IMG/VR virus record: IMGVR_UViG_3300035698_019437
Location: 32,001-96,000 of that record
DNA from: a virus
Reading direction: 5' to 3' (one strand)
DNA: 64,000 bases
In this document: positions 25,387 to 35,489 of the stretch, one piece after another
How positions within the stretch are numbered: position 1 is the stretch's first letter
How the letters are laid out: each line of letters starts with the position of its first letter
Made by a program: the position numbers and the translations under genes
The notes under the pieces: generated by a model
What the model was told of the DNA's origin: nothing
Databases searched by the model: none
The model's input: only the letters and a program-made list of their open reading frames with translations

Positions 25387-28266
25387 ATGGCTAAATCAAA
25401 TCAAGGCATTGTAGGAGAACTCACTAAGCAGTACACGATCTCCGTGGATTTGCAAGGAGGAGATAAGACTGCTCGCCAAACTGCCAAAATAAACAAAAAC
25501 TTCTCCAAGATGGAAAAGTCGGTGAAGCAGCTTAGTAAAGGCTTTAAATCACTTGGTGGAGTAATTAATAAGCTTGGGGCGATTGCTGGTGTTAGTGCTG
25601 GTTTTATCAAAGGTATACAAACGGCGGATAAGCTTAATAAATCTCTCGTTAGATTGTCTAATTCGTATAATAAGTGGGGATTTAACATTAAGCAGGTTCA
25701 AAGTACTATAAATTCCATGGGTAATTCCTTAAAGTTGACTAAGGAAGAAAGCATGGATTTGATGAAGATATATGAAAAAGATTTTCCAATGGCTAGCCTT
25801 AAAGAAGGCGTTGCTATGTTTGTTCACATGAAAAAAGCTGTTGGAGCGAATAAAGAAGCATTGGCTGAGATGGCAGGAGGTATGGCTCAAATAGCTACTG
25901 AATTCCCTGAATTGCAAAAGTTAATGGAGAAGTATGCTAAGGGAGATAAAAAAGCTGGTCAACAATACCGAAGACAATTAAATATGATGACAGCAACTGG
26001 TAAGATATCTAAAGATTTGTTTAGAACAGGCCAAGAGTTTTTGAAAGTTAATAAACAGAATACCGCAGAAGCACAAGCATTACTAGATAAAAAGCAAGCA
26101 GAGATTGATGCAGTTCAGACAATAAAAACTACATTTGAGAAATTAAATCAGACTATAGGAAGTGTGCTTCTTCCATATGTACGACAATTAACTGAATGGA
26201 TAAATAAAAATACCACAAAAATTGAAGGATGGATTAATCTGTTTAAGAAGATTGGCCCCTACATAGTAATGATTGGTGCCGGTATCAAAGCATGGCAAAT
26301 GGGATCAGGTCTTGCAAAAGGCTTAGGTATGCTTACTGGTGGAGGAATTGGGAAGGGTCTTGGAGGCAGCGTAGGAGGTAAAATTGGAGGAGGTATAGGT
26401 GCTGCCGGTGCTGGTCTTGCTGGTGGATATATCGGTGGTAAACTTTCTAAAGGCTTAGCGGCTACAGCAGGTGCAGGTCAAGCGGGTCAAGATTTCTGGG
26501 GCGGCGTGGGTGCGGTTGGTGGTGGAGCAGCAGCAGGTGCTAAAGTCGGCGGCGCTCCCGGCGCTGCAATCGGAGCACTTGCAGCAGGTATTTCTGAAGT
26601 GGGACAAGGTGTTTGGGCTATTCATAAAATCAACTCGCAGACTAAAGACTTAATAGCAAATCAAGATAAGAATATAGCAAATAAACTTGCTACTCTTCCA
26701 GATAGATTTAGTGCAAAAGTTGCGCCTTTGGTAAAAGCACAGTATGAAGCAGGTATGAGGTTAGCAAAAGTAAGAGAAGAAGCTACGAAAGCTTTACAAA
26801 AGAAGAGAGGGGTTAGTCACCAGTTTACAGACGAAGACCTTGCAGCATCTTCATCCGAGTTTTCAATGGCTCAAAGCCAATTCCAGAATGCTAGAAGTGC
26901 CAAAAGACGAGCGCAAGGTTCTGGTAGTATGGGACAACAAGATGCTGCTTCTAAAAGAAGAGCGAAACAACAACAAAGACTTGCTATTGCTCAGAAAGCA
27001 GAAGTTGCTCGAATTGCTCGTATCGCTCAGCTTGATGCTATGCGGTTGAGAAATTATCAAACATTGCAAAAAGTTGTTGCCGCACAAACAGGTTCATTTG
27101 ATGAACAACTTAATTATGTTCAGTCAATAGTGGATGTATGGTCTAGGGCTGGTTTTACAAATGAGGCTGCTGTATTGAATGCTTTAACAGAGGCTCGCGT
27201 TCGTTCTGAAAAAGCGGAAGCTTCTTTAGTGAAGCAAATAAACGAATTGATCGTCCGCAGAAATAAAATGATGGCAGAGGGCACTAAAGACCCTCAAGTA
27301 ATTGCCGAGGCAAATCAAGAGATATCAAAATTATATGCACAACAAGGTCAGATTGTTGCTAAAAGAATGGATATGGAAACTAAAGCTGTTGACATGTATG
27401 AACACAGAAAAACTTTAGCCGGTGCTGAGTTGCAGGTTCAAGAATCTCTTGTTGGTTTGATGGATCAATTTGCTATAGGTATCGGAGCAAGTGCGGAAAT
27501 GAGAATGAAAGCAATTGCTGGCGCACAGAAGCAGGGAGATATAATTGAGAAACAAATTAGTCTTGCCAAAAAGCAGGTAGAGGCCGGTAAGGGCGGCTTA
27601 CCTATGCAGATTAAATTGAAAAACCTTCAAGCTGAAAGATTAGGTTTATTGCAGAAGGAAGCACAGCTTGCCAAGGCTTTGAGAGATGGATGGGTCACGG
27701 CTGTAAAAGCGATGTCTGTTGGTAGCGGAAGAATAACAAAGATCGCCATGACAGCAGATAAAAACCTTGGATTAGCTGTTCAAAACCTTGGAATGGTAAG
27801 AACGTTCTATTCAGGTGCTGTTGGAAGAAAAGGAGAAAAAGAAGTAGGAAGTAGAAAAGGCGAAAGATTTACGGCTTCTGGACCTGGTGGCGGTATAGCA
27901 GGAGTAAGCGGTGGGTTCCAACCTACATATGATACAGATACTGGTGTAGGTGGTATGAACGCAGAAATGGCTATACGAAAAGGCATATCAGGGAAATGGG
28001 CCGGTAAAACAATTACTGCTGCTAGTAAAAGAGCGATGTCTGGTTCTGGTGCTGCTTATGGAGCAGGTACTAAAGCTTTAGCTCCTGCCAGAGCGGCTAT
28101 GAGAGCACGAGGTGGTTTTCAAGCAACTTCTCCTGGCGCTGTTGGAGGTGCTGGTATTAGTGTTAACGTCAATGTTAATGGCTCTATTGCAGAAGTTGCC
28201 AAAAAAGTAGGCGAAAAATCAGCAGCAGCATTCCAAAAATCTATGAAGAGTAGATTAGGCAAATAA
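25387..28266 (+). CDS. tape measure protein
   Basis: 959 aa, Ala/Gly/Lys/Gln-rich helical composition with a Gly-rich hydrophobic centre; follows the chaperones. Confidence 0.8.
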   Translation: MAKSNQGIVGELTKQYTISVDLQGGDKTARQTAKINKNFSKMEKSVKQLSKGFKSLGGVINKLGAIAGVSAGFIKGIQTADKLNKSLVRLSNSYNKWGFNIKQVQSTINSMGNSLKLTKEESMDLMKIYEKDFPMASLKEGVAMFVHMKKAVGANKEALAEMAGGMAQIATEFPELQKLMEKYAKGDKKAGQQYRRQLNMMTATGKISKDLFRTGQEFLKVNKQNTAEAQALLDKKQAEIDAVQTIKTTFEKLNQTIGSVLLPYVRQLTEWINKNTTKIEGWINLFKKIGPYIVMIGAGIKAWQMGSGLAKGLGMLTGGGIGKGLGGSVGGKIGGGIGAAGAGLAGGYIGGKLSKGLAATAGAGQAGQDFWGGVGAVGGGAAAGAKVGGAPGAAIGALAAGISEVGQGVWAIHKINSQTKDLIANQDKNIANKLATLPDRFSAKVAPLVKAQYEAGMRLAKVREEATKALQKKRGVSHQFTDEDLAASSSEFSMAQSQFQNARSAKRRAQGSGSMGQQDAASKRRAKQQQRLAIAQKAEVARIARIAQLDAMRLRNYQTLQKVVAAQTGSFDEQLNYVQSIVDVWSRAGFTNEAAVLNALTEARVRSEKAEASLVKQINELIVRRNKMMAEGTKDPQVIAEANQEISKLYAQQGQIVAKRMDMETKAVDMYEHRKTLAGAELQVQESLVGLMDQFAIGIGASAEMRMKAIAGAQKQGDIIEKQISLAKKQVEAGKGGLPMQIKLKNLQAERLGLLQKEAQLAKALRDGWVTAVKAMSVGSGRITKIAMTADKNLGLAVQNLGMVRTFYSGAVGRKGEKEVGSRKGERFTASGPGGGIAGVSGGFQPTYDTDTGVGGMNAEMAIRKGISGKWAGKTITAASKRAMSGSGAAYGAGTKALAPARAAMRARGGFQATSPGAVGGAGISVNVNVNGSIAEVAKKVGEKSAAAFQKSMKSRLGK

Positions 28267-28319
28267 CATACCTTCTTTTCTTAGAGTAATTTCCATTATT
28301 CATCCGAATCATATATATA

Positions 28320-31300
28320 ATGGCTGTAAAAATAGACATATTAAATCCTGCTGTACATTCAACAAAACTTTGTTGTTTGTCTGGCAACGGAAACGCATAC
28401 TCTGAAGAAAATCCAGAGATTTGGGGTTTAATTCCTTATCAACTTCAGCCGGTAAAAAGCCTAAGATATGCATTTTCAATAAGTTCTCTTCTAGAACACA
28501 CTAATACAATCCCATATACTGTTAGAGATCAATATCTATCAGACGAATCTAAGTTTTGGCCTCTTGTCAATCAAGGATGTAAAGTTAGATGGGCTTTTGA
28601 TATTAAAGATTCGGACCCTATAAAGGTTTGTGAAGATTGTTTCTTTGTAGAACCAGGATGTGAAGATAAATACAGTGCTGCATTATCAGAGTTAAATGAG
28701 AATCTACAAAGTATAGATGATCTTATTCTATTAGCGGTTGATACCATTGCTGGTTCTAATTTTGAAACTATCTGGACAACAGCAATGGATGAAAGCTCTG
28801 TTATCTTAACAAAAGTTGCTGGGTTTATTTCATCTGCAAAATCAAAAAGAGATACTAATTGCGCAAATGCACTAGTAGACATAAAATCTGCAATAGATAA
28901 GGCTATAGAGGCAGTAGAGGTTCTTTCAAAGTACGTAGTTAGTATTAATGCTAGAGCAGAGCGTTCCCAAGATGATACTCTACCCGCTGAGTTTATAGAT
29001 TTGGCGGATGATTTTGATACCATACAGGTTAATTTGGTTGTTCTTGTTCAATCAATTATTTTAGCTGGAAGACAAGTAGTAGCTTCTGAAGGTATATCCG
29101 GCTGGTTTACATCGTTTTTCAATAATGGATGTTTAGAGCTTTCTTCTGAAAATGAACAACTTTATGAAGCAGAGGTTCCTGCGTGTGCTGTTTTTAATCC
29201 AGTTCCTAACGGAGAAATAAACTATTGTGGAGACCCAGAAGGTTTGCCGGATGACTGTCAGCCTGAATGTTACTATCCGTACGGTTTTTCTACATGGGGA
29301 TTTAGGAATAAGATTGAAGATGTCTTTCCTGTTCATAGTGGAGAAGAAAACGATTGCAATTTTGTCAGAGTTTTAGACAGCAATTGCTTTCCAGAAATTG
29401 CAAGTAGCAGCACTACGAGTAGTACTAGTAGCGTAAGTAGCAGTACTAGTAGCACGGATTGTGTTCCAGGTAAATTTGTTATACAGCTAATTAAAAGAAG
29501 AATCTTAGCTAGTTCTAGTAGTAGCATAAGCAGTGGTAGCAGCAGCAGTAGCCACTCTTCAAGTAGCCATTCTTCAAGTAGCCATAGTAGCTCTAGCCAT
29601 AGTAGCTCTAGCCATAGTAGTAGTAGCCATAGTTCAAGCAGTCATTCTAGTTCTAGCCATAGTTCAAGTAGCCACTCTAGTTCTAGTCATAGTTCTGCAA
29701 GTTCAGGTTGTGATTGTCCTGGCTCGTCGTGTTCAAATTGTGCTGACACAACTCCTGATAAATTCTTATTAGTATTAAGTGGAGTTGATGCTGGTATTTG
29801 TAACTGTATTAATGATACAACAAATGGAGTTAGCGTAGACGTAACGGGTCTTACTATAGATGGAACTTATGTATTACATCAAATAACTCCTTGCTTATGG
29901 CGAGCGGATACTGTAGGAGCATGGTCATTAGACTATGACGACACTGGAATTGGATGTAATGCAGTATCTAAAACTGACTTTGGTTCATTTGATATTAACT
30001 TGCGAAAAACAGATGCTAATACATTTCATTTAGAAGTTTGGGTCTATGGAACATATGGACATAATATTCGCTGTTACGAAGCGACTTGGAGCGATACCGA
30101 CTGCTGTAACGACTATTATAATAAGTCAAATACATTAACTTGTTCCTATAACAGTGCCGTCGGCGGTCGGCTAGATATATCTGACACAGGCGAAGCGGAC
30201 TTATATGTTTGTTTAGAAAGTAGTAGCCATTCAAGTAGTAGCCATAGCAGTGCCTCGTCCGGCGGCGCTCCATTTTTGACAGAATACTCGTTTGAAGATT
30301 TTCTAGAATCAACATACTTTGTTAACGATATATTTGTTAATGACGACCATATTCTTAATCTTGTTAAAACAGAAGATATACAAGATTGCCCGTCAGAAGT
30401 TAAATGTGGTTTAGACGAATGGCTATTAGAACTATTTGTATATTTCGAAATGGATGACAAGTTGGAAGATGGAAGTCGATACAGCTTGTTACTTTTTAGA
30501 GGACAAAGAACATTCCAACCAGAAGAGATTCCAATTACAGGAACGGACGATGGAGGACTAGATATTGATAACATGCTCTTAGAAACATATTGTGGACAAG
30601 AGTACGAATTCGATGGAGAAATAAATAATCTAGGAGAAGTAGAAGAAGAAATTTGTGGATTAAGTTCTGCAAAATGGTCATATAACTTCCTCAACACAAC
30701 GATATTCCAAGCTGGTTTTGGCGGAAGTATAAGAATATATCCAACTATAGAACAAAATGATGGTTTAACTACAGATATTCTTGATGAGTCTCTTAAAGGT
30801 CATGATAGAGATTACAACGGTCTATTTGAATTGAATACTGATAACTACGCTTATATGAGGGCAAATGAATTTAAAATCTATAAAGAATCGTTGGATGACT
30901 ATGTAGAAGCAATCGATCAGAAATGGAGAAACACGGATGAATGCGATAAACCTACTACGCTGTTTACTCCTCCTCTGGTTTCTCATAATACAGTAACAAT
31001 GCATTTATGTGGAGAACAAATTCTATTAAACGAAGAATTCATCGTAGAGAAAGCTGTATATAATCAAGCTGATAATACTACAAGAATATCTTTAAACGGT
31101 ATTATCCCAATATACTGTTATGGCATAACGAAAGAAGAAATCATCGATACCGAAGATGATTTTATGAAGCCATGTCCAGGTAAAGCAAATAATAATATAT
31201 TCGAATGCGTTTATATGGATCAAGAAGTTCAAAAGAACAGCGCAGATTATCCTCTAGATACTTTGGTATACACTAGAGATATTTATAAAAGAAGAGTATC

Positions 31301-34300
31301 AAAATTCCTGTACTACGATGAATTTGGATACGACTTAGATGCAGTAAAACAGCTTCTCAACAATCCAGAAGGGGCCAAAGCGATTGATCCATGTTTGAGA
31401 GACAATTGCAAAGATACTCTGAATACTCATTTTCAGGGTATGAACAACCTCACATCTGATGAAGTTATCGTTCAAGGCGAAATAAAAGCAGGAACATTCT
31501 TATATTATTCTGGGACCGCTGCTCAAGATAGATACCTTAGACAGATAAATATGTTGCACACTAGGATATCTAATGATAGGCCAAGGCTATATAAATATTA
31601 CAACTGGGATGATCTAGATGAATCGATTGATCTATGGGATAAATACAATTGTCTTGATCCCAAGTCTATCGTTGAATCATTTTGCTTCACACTTGTTCCA
31701 TTTACTAAAGAAAGTGGAGAAACTGTAGATGCTTGGAGAATTTCCGAGCTTCTTACGGATGCGCAAAACATTCACAGAAGATTTTTGAAAGTATTCCCAG
31801 AAGATGAGCTTCCGTTTATAATCAAACCACCGGAAGATTTCGATAAAGAAACTGCAAGTTCTACACAGAAAGAACCGTATAGAGAAGCATTCTGTTGGGC
31901 GGCTGATCATAGAGGTATACTAAAGCTATATGTGTGGTTTGATGGATCGTTTGAAGCAGAAATAAAAGTTTCGAAAGCAGAAATCAGAGATCAAGAATGG
32001 TTTGATGCATATCTGGATTCTGTAGAGTGTATCGATTTGAAAAATGTTGATATAGAGAAAATTCTGAAAGCAGTTGATGCTAAAGATATCAACGGACATG
32101 CAAGTATTACTACTCGGTCGTTTACTAGTGGTATGTTGTTTGATGTCAGCGATCAAGTAAATAACAAACTAAAAGATCATGATAAGATTCCGTATATCAG
32201 GTCGTTTGCTTTATCGTTTAACTTTATAAAAGAATACGTAAAAGCTGATAAGATCACTGGTATTGGCGTTCCTAATTTAGATATTAAAGATTTAGATGAC
32301 AGTGATGTAGATAACTATGATGCATCTAGCGCTGTATTCGAAATAAGTGGTTCATCGGCTACAGAAGAAGATATAGATACGACTGCTGTTGATACACTGG
32401 GGAATTTACCAGAAGGCGAATCGTCTGCTTCGTCAACATCTTCATCTACATGTACAGAATACAATTTTAATAATTACGAAGCTTATCCGTGTGGAATCCA
32501 TAGAACAGTTAGCGTAGAAAAATTCACATCAGCAGAGTTGGATAGATGGAACACTGAACTATACGCAAATCCAGATTTTATGATGTTCTTTGGACAAAAT
32601 AAAACGAATTGGAAAACTTCCGATGTAGAGATTTTACCCGGAGGTCTTTGCAGCACATTCTATGATGACTTCCAATATATAGATGCAAAACTACCTCCGG
32701 GAGAATATACAATAGCGTATCAAGAAGGTGCTTTTAAATGGAAATCGACGCTTAATTGGTCATTACAAAGTCCGACGAGCGTATGTTCCGGGATATATTT
32801 CAATTTTAATTGGGGTACCCCGACTACGCGAATAGAAAGACTGTCTCCTGGCGATAGAATCAAATATCCTTCCGTTGCTGCGCTAGAAACTGCGAACGAA
32901 GGAGATGCTGCTTCGTTTATCCATATGGGTGGTCCAATAGGAATGTATGTTGTTGATCATACAACAGGCGGTAACGTATGCGATACTGATAATTGCCCGA
33001 CATATCAAATCAAGCCTACAAAACTGTCTGCTGTTATGATAGATCAATGGATAAAACCAGAAACATCAGGTATAAAATGGAATGTTATTACTCCTGTTAT
33101 GCACGGCTCGTTCTCAGCAAATACTAGAATATTCGTAGAGAGCTTTGGTATATACAGAACAGTTGATTCCGATCAAGAAGATAACAAGGAGCATAGCTTA
33201 GAAGGTTATGATAAATCATACTTTAATGATACTCTACTTGATTGTCTCAATATGTATATGTATAAAGGTATAGAATATTTGGCTGTAGAAACATCCGAAG
33301 AAATAACTCCAAGAGGGAATATATCTATAGCCACCAGACAGAATATTGATATATCTATTATGACTTCTACTGAATTTCAATACAACGGAATATCTTATCA
33401 CGAATTAAATGATGTTCCATATAGTTCATGGACAAAGTTAGGTATTGATAGAGAAGAAGCTACAGATATGTGGGATAAACTTTATGACGAAGATTGGACT
33501 AAAGTTGATCATTCTCTCTCAGGTATAGAAGTAGAAGACGAATTACCATGTCCAACGGACTCACTGATAGACAAAGCCACGTGTAAAGGGTATTTAGACT
33601 GGGTTAAAAAGAATCCTCTTATGTGTGATGGTAGAGACGAGTGCGAATCCGAATGTGAATCTGTTTTACGTGTAGATCAGGTTCCTTTAGAAAGATTGGC
33701 TTGGAAGAAGGGTAAAATATTAACTTCTATATCCGGAGCTTTAGAAATAGATAAAGAATCAAATAGTATTTTATCTGATATAGACATATCATTCGAAAGC
33801 AAAGAAGATTGGAAAGAATGGGCATCTAGGAAATCTTCAGAAAACAAAACTAATCCATTTGATTATGCGTTAGACATCACTCTGGACTATAACATATGTA
33901 CCATAGATTCTGATGATGATAACGATCTTACTTTGGTTATATTAGGATCGGATTGTCGTTCTAATTTTATAGACTTAATAAACCTAGATAACAATTCTAG
34001 TTGTAGAAATAATGACGACGAAATAAGAATAGATACACAAGTTAAAGTAGATTTAGCAGAACTTGGTAAGGTTGGCATTTTTGGAGATTCTATAAAAGAT
34101 GGAGATATAAAAGCTCAGGCAACTGTTATTAGTTCTGAAAAATTCTTTAAATACAGAGCTTCTGGTCCTATATCATCCGTTGTCTATACAGACACATCTA
34201 ACTTATTAGTATTTTATGAAGATGATAAAAGCAACATATCCGTCTCTGTATCACCTGACGGAGGCGATACATGGTACGATCATTACGGGATTGTTAGGTT

Positions 34301-35489
34301 ATTAAAGAAAGAAACTGCGACAAGACCTTATGCGATTCTTAACAGACGAACTAATGTTATCCATTTGTTTTTCATCTATAATCATAAATATATGGTTGTG
34401 AAGAACTTCTCAGGCAGTATGTTTAGTATTGTTGATGCTTTTGTAAGACCAAAAGCCTTAGACGAGTTTACAGTAACAACCGAAGACAATAAGAATCTTG
34501 AAGATTTATCTGAATTAGGCGCAGCTATACGCCTAGACGATATTGTTGTTATAGACGGTCCAAAAAATTCTACTGAGAATATAAACAAAGAAAATGCCAT
34601 AAGTCTAAAAAGAATTTCTAACGGTTTACTGCCCAGAATTATACTCTCTAGAGATGTTGGAGATGTTTCTGGTACTAATTACGATGATGCTCCATTCTCT
34701 GCGTACTATGACGATAAAGATATACTACGTTTGTTTTATGTAGATGGAGAAAAAACATTTGTTAAAAGTTCGTACGACGATGGGGATACATGGTCAGACA
34801 CATTAAATGGAGTATATTTCCATATGGCTAAACCAGAGAATACTACTGAAGAAACAAATGAAATGAAAGACTATTATAGGAATCAATCGTTTGTTTGTGA
34901 ATCAAATAACGAGTTTTCTGATATCATAGTCTGTTCTTCTCCGTTTTCGATAGAAGGTAAATGTATTCCATCCTTAGACGAAGCTATTCCAACTCGATCA
35001 GATGAGTTTGAAAATGAAGATGTTAGTAAGGCATGTACCAATGTTGAGGTTATTTCACAAATTCAAACAGTATATGATATTTTAACAGACAAAACTGAAG
35101 TTTTGTTTACCCTTAAAGGTGGGTTATATACCAGAGAAATAGAAAATAGCGTTTTCGATTTGATAGAAGGAATTGACATAGATACTGATGAAAATAGTAA
35201 AGAAGGAACTATACAATACGTAGCAAATAACATGTTCAATTTAACCTCGTTATCTAACAATAAACCTCTATGGATAGCGGGTAACAAGCCTGAAGATGAT
35301 TCGCTCTATGTAGTAATCGAGTCTGACACATACCCATCAGAAAGAAGTAATATAGTTGCAGACACAATACAGCCTAATGGGTATTTTAATTCGACTAGAG
35401 TTCTTAAGGTTTATTACTTTGACGTTAACAGAGACATATGGAATGTTACTATAGAGCCTCTATATGAAATACGTACGGAGAACACATAA
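28320..35489 (+). CDS. very large Cys-rich, acidic tail-tip protein with Ser/His repeats and Asp-boxes
   Basis: 2389 aa; SSSSH x10; SPDGGDTW and SYDDGDTW Asp-boxes. Confidence 0.75.
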   Translation: MAVKIDILNPAVHSTKLCCLSGNGNAYSEENPEIWGLIPYQLQPVKSLRYAFSISSLLEHTNTIPYTVRDQYLSDESKFWPLVNQGCKVRWAFDIKDSDPIKVCEDCFFVEPGCEDKYSAALSELNENLQSIDDLILLAVDTIAGSNFETIWTTAMDESSVILTKVAGFISSAKSKRDTNCANALVDIKSAIDKAIEAVEVLSKYVVSINARAERSQDDTLPAEFIDLADDFDTIQVNLVVLVQSIILAGRQVVASEGISGWFTSFFNNGCLELSSENEQLYEAEVPACAVFNPVPNGEINYCGDPEGLPDDCQPECYYPYGFSTWGFRNKIEDVFPVHSGEENDCNFVRVLDSNCFPEIASSSTTSSTSSVSSSTSSTDCVPGKFVIQLIKRRILASSSSSISSGSSSSSHSSSSHSSSSHSSSSHSSSSHSSSSHSSSSHSSSSHSSSSHSSSSHSSASSGCDCPGSSCSNCADTTPDKFLLVLSGVDAGICNCINDTTNGVSVDVTGLTIDGTYVLHQITPCLWRADTVGAWSLDYDDTGIGCNAVSKTDFGSFDINLRKTDANTFHLEVWVYGTYGHNIRCYEATWSDTDCCNDYYNKSNTLTCSYNSAVGGRLDISDTGEADLYVCLESSSHSSSSHSSASSGGAPFLTEYSFEDFLESTYFVNDIFVNDDHILNLVKTEDIQDCPSEVKCGLDEWLLELFVYFEMDDKLEDGSRYSLLLFRGQRTFQPEEIPITGTDDGGLDIDNMLLETYCGQEYEFDGEINNLGEVEEEICGLSSAKWSYNFLNTTIFQAGFGGSIRIYPTIEQNDGLTTDILDESLKGHDRDYNGLFELNTDNYAYMRANEFKIYKESLDDYVEAIDQKWRNTDECDKPTTLFTPPLVSHNTVTMHLCGEQILLNEEFIVEKAVYNQADNTTRISLNGIIPIYCYGITKEEIIDTEDDFMKPCPGKANNNIFECVYMDQEVQKNSADYPLDTLVYTRDIYKRRVSKFLYYDEFGYDLDAVKQLLNNPEGAKAIDPCLRDNCKDTLNTHFQGMNNLTSDEVIVQGEIKAGTFLYYSGTAAQDRYLRQINMLHTRISNDRPRLYKYYNWDDLDESIDLWDKYNCLDPKSIVESFCFTLVPFTKESGETVDAWRISELLTDAQNIHRRFLKVFPEDELPFIIKPPEDFDKETASSTQKEPYREAFCWAADHRGILKLYVWFDGSFEAEIKVSKAEIRDQEWFDAYLDSVECIDLKNVDIEKILKAVDAKDINGHASITTRSFTSGMLFDVSDQVNNKLKDHDKIPYIRSFALSFNFIKEYVKADKITGIGVPNLDIKDLDDSDVDNYDASSAVFEISGSSATEEDIDTTAVDTLGNLPEGESSASSTSSSTCTEYNFNNYEAYPCGIHRTVSVEKFTSAELDRWNTELYANPDFMMFFGQNKTNWKTSDVEILPGGLCSTFYDDFQYIDAKLPPGEYTIAYQEGAFKWKSTLNWSLQSPTSVCSGIYFNFNWGTPTTRIERLSPGDRIKYPSVAALETANEGDAASFIHMGGPIGMYVVDHTTGGNVCDTDNCPTYQIKPTKLSAVMIDQWIKPETSGIKWNVITPVMHGSFSANTRIFVESFGIYRTVDSDQEDNKEHSLEGYDKSYFNDTLLDCLNMYMYKGIEYLAVETSEEITPRGNISIATRQNIDISIMTSTEFQYNGISYHELNDVPYSSWTKLGIDREEATDMWDKLYDEDWTKVDHSLSGIEVEDELPCPTDSLIDKATCKGYLDWVKKNPLMCDGRDECESECESVLRVDQVPLERLAWKKGKILTSISGALEIDKESNSILSDIDISFESKEDWKEWASRKSSENKTNPFDYALDITLDYNICTIDSDDDNDLTLVILGSDCRSNFIDLINLDNNSSCRNNDDEIRIDTQVKVDLAELGKVGIFGDSIKDGDIKAQATVISSEKFFKYRASGPISSVVYTDTSNLLVFYEDDKSNISVSVSPDGGDTWYDHYGIVRLLKKETATRPYAILNRRTNVIHLFFIYNHKYMVVKNFSGSMFSIVDAFVRPKALDEFTVTTEDNKNLEDLSELGAAIRLDDIVVIDGPKNSTENINKENAISLKRISNGLLPRIILSRDVGDVSGTNYDDAPFSAYYDDKDILRLFYVDGEKTFVKSSYDDGDTWSDTLNGVYFHMAKPENTTEETNEMKDYYRNQSFVCESNNEFSDIIVCSSPFSIEGKCIPSLDEAIPTRSDEFENEDVSKACTNVEVISQIQTVYDILTDKTEVLFTLKGGLYTREIENSVFDLIEGIDIDTDENSKEGTIQYVANNMFNLTSLSNNKPLWIAGNKPEDDSLYVVIESDTYPSERSNIVADTIQPNGYFNSTRVLKVYYFDVNRDIWNVTIEPLYEIRTENT
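29541..29690 (+). repeat. 15-nt period coding repeat, (SSSSH)x10
   Basis: His codons every 15 nt from 29553 to 29688; mixed TCN/AGY Ser codons. Confidence 0.95.
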
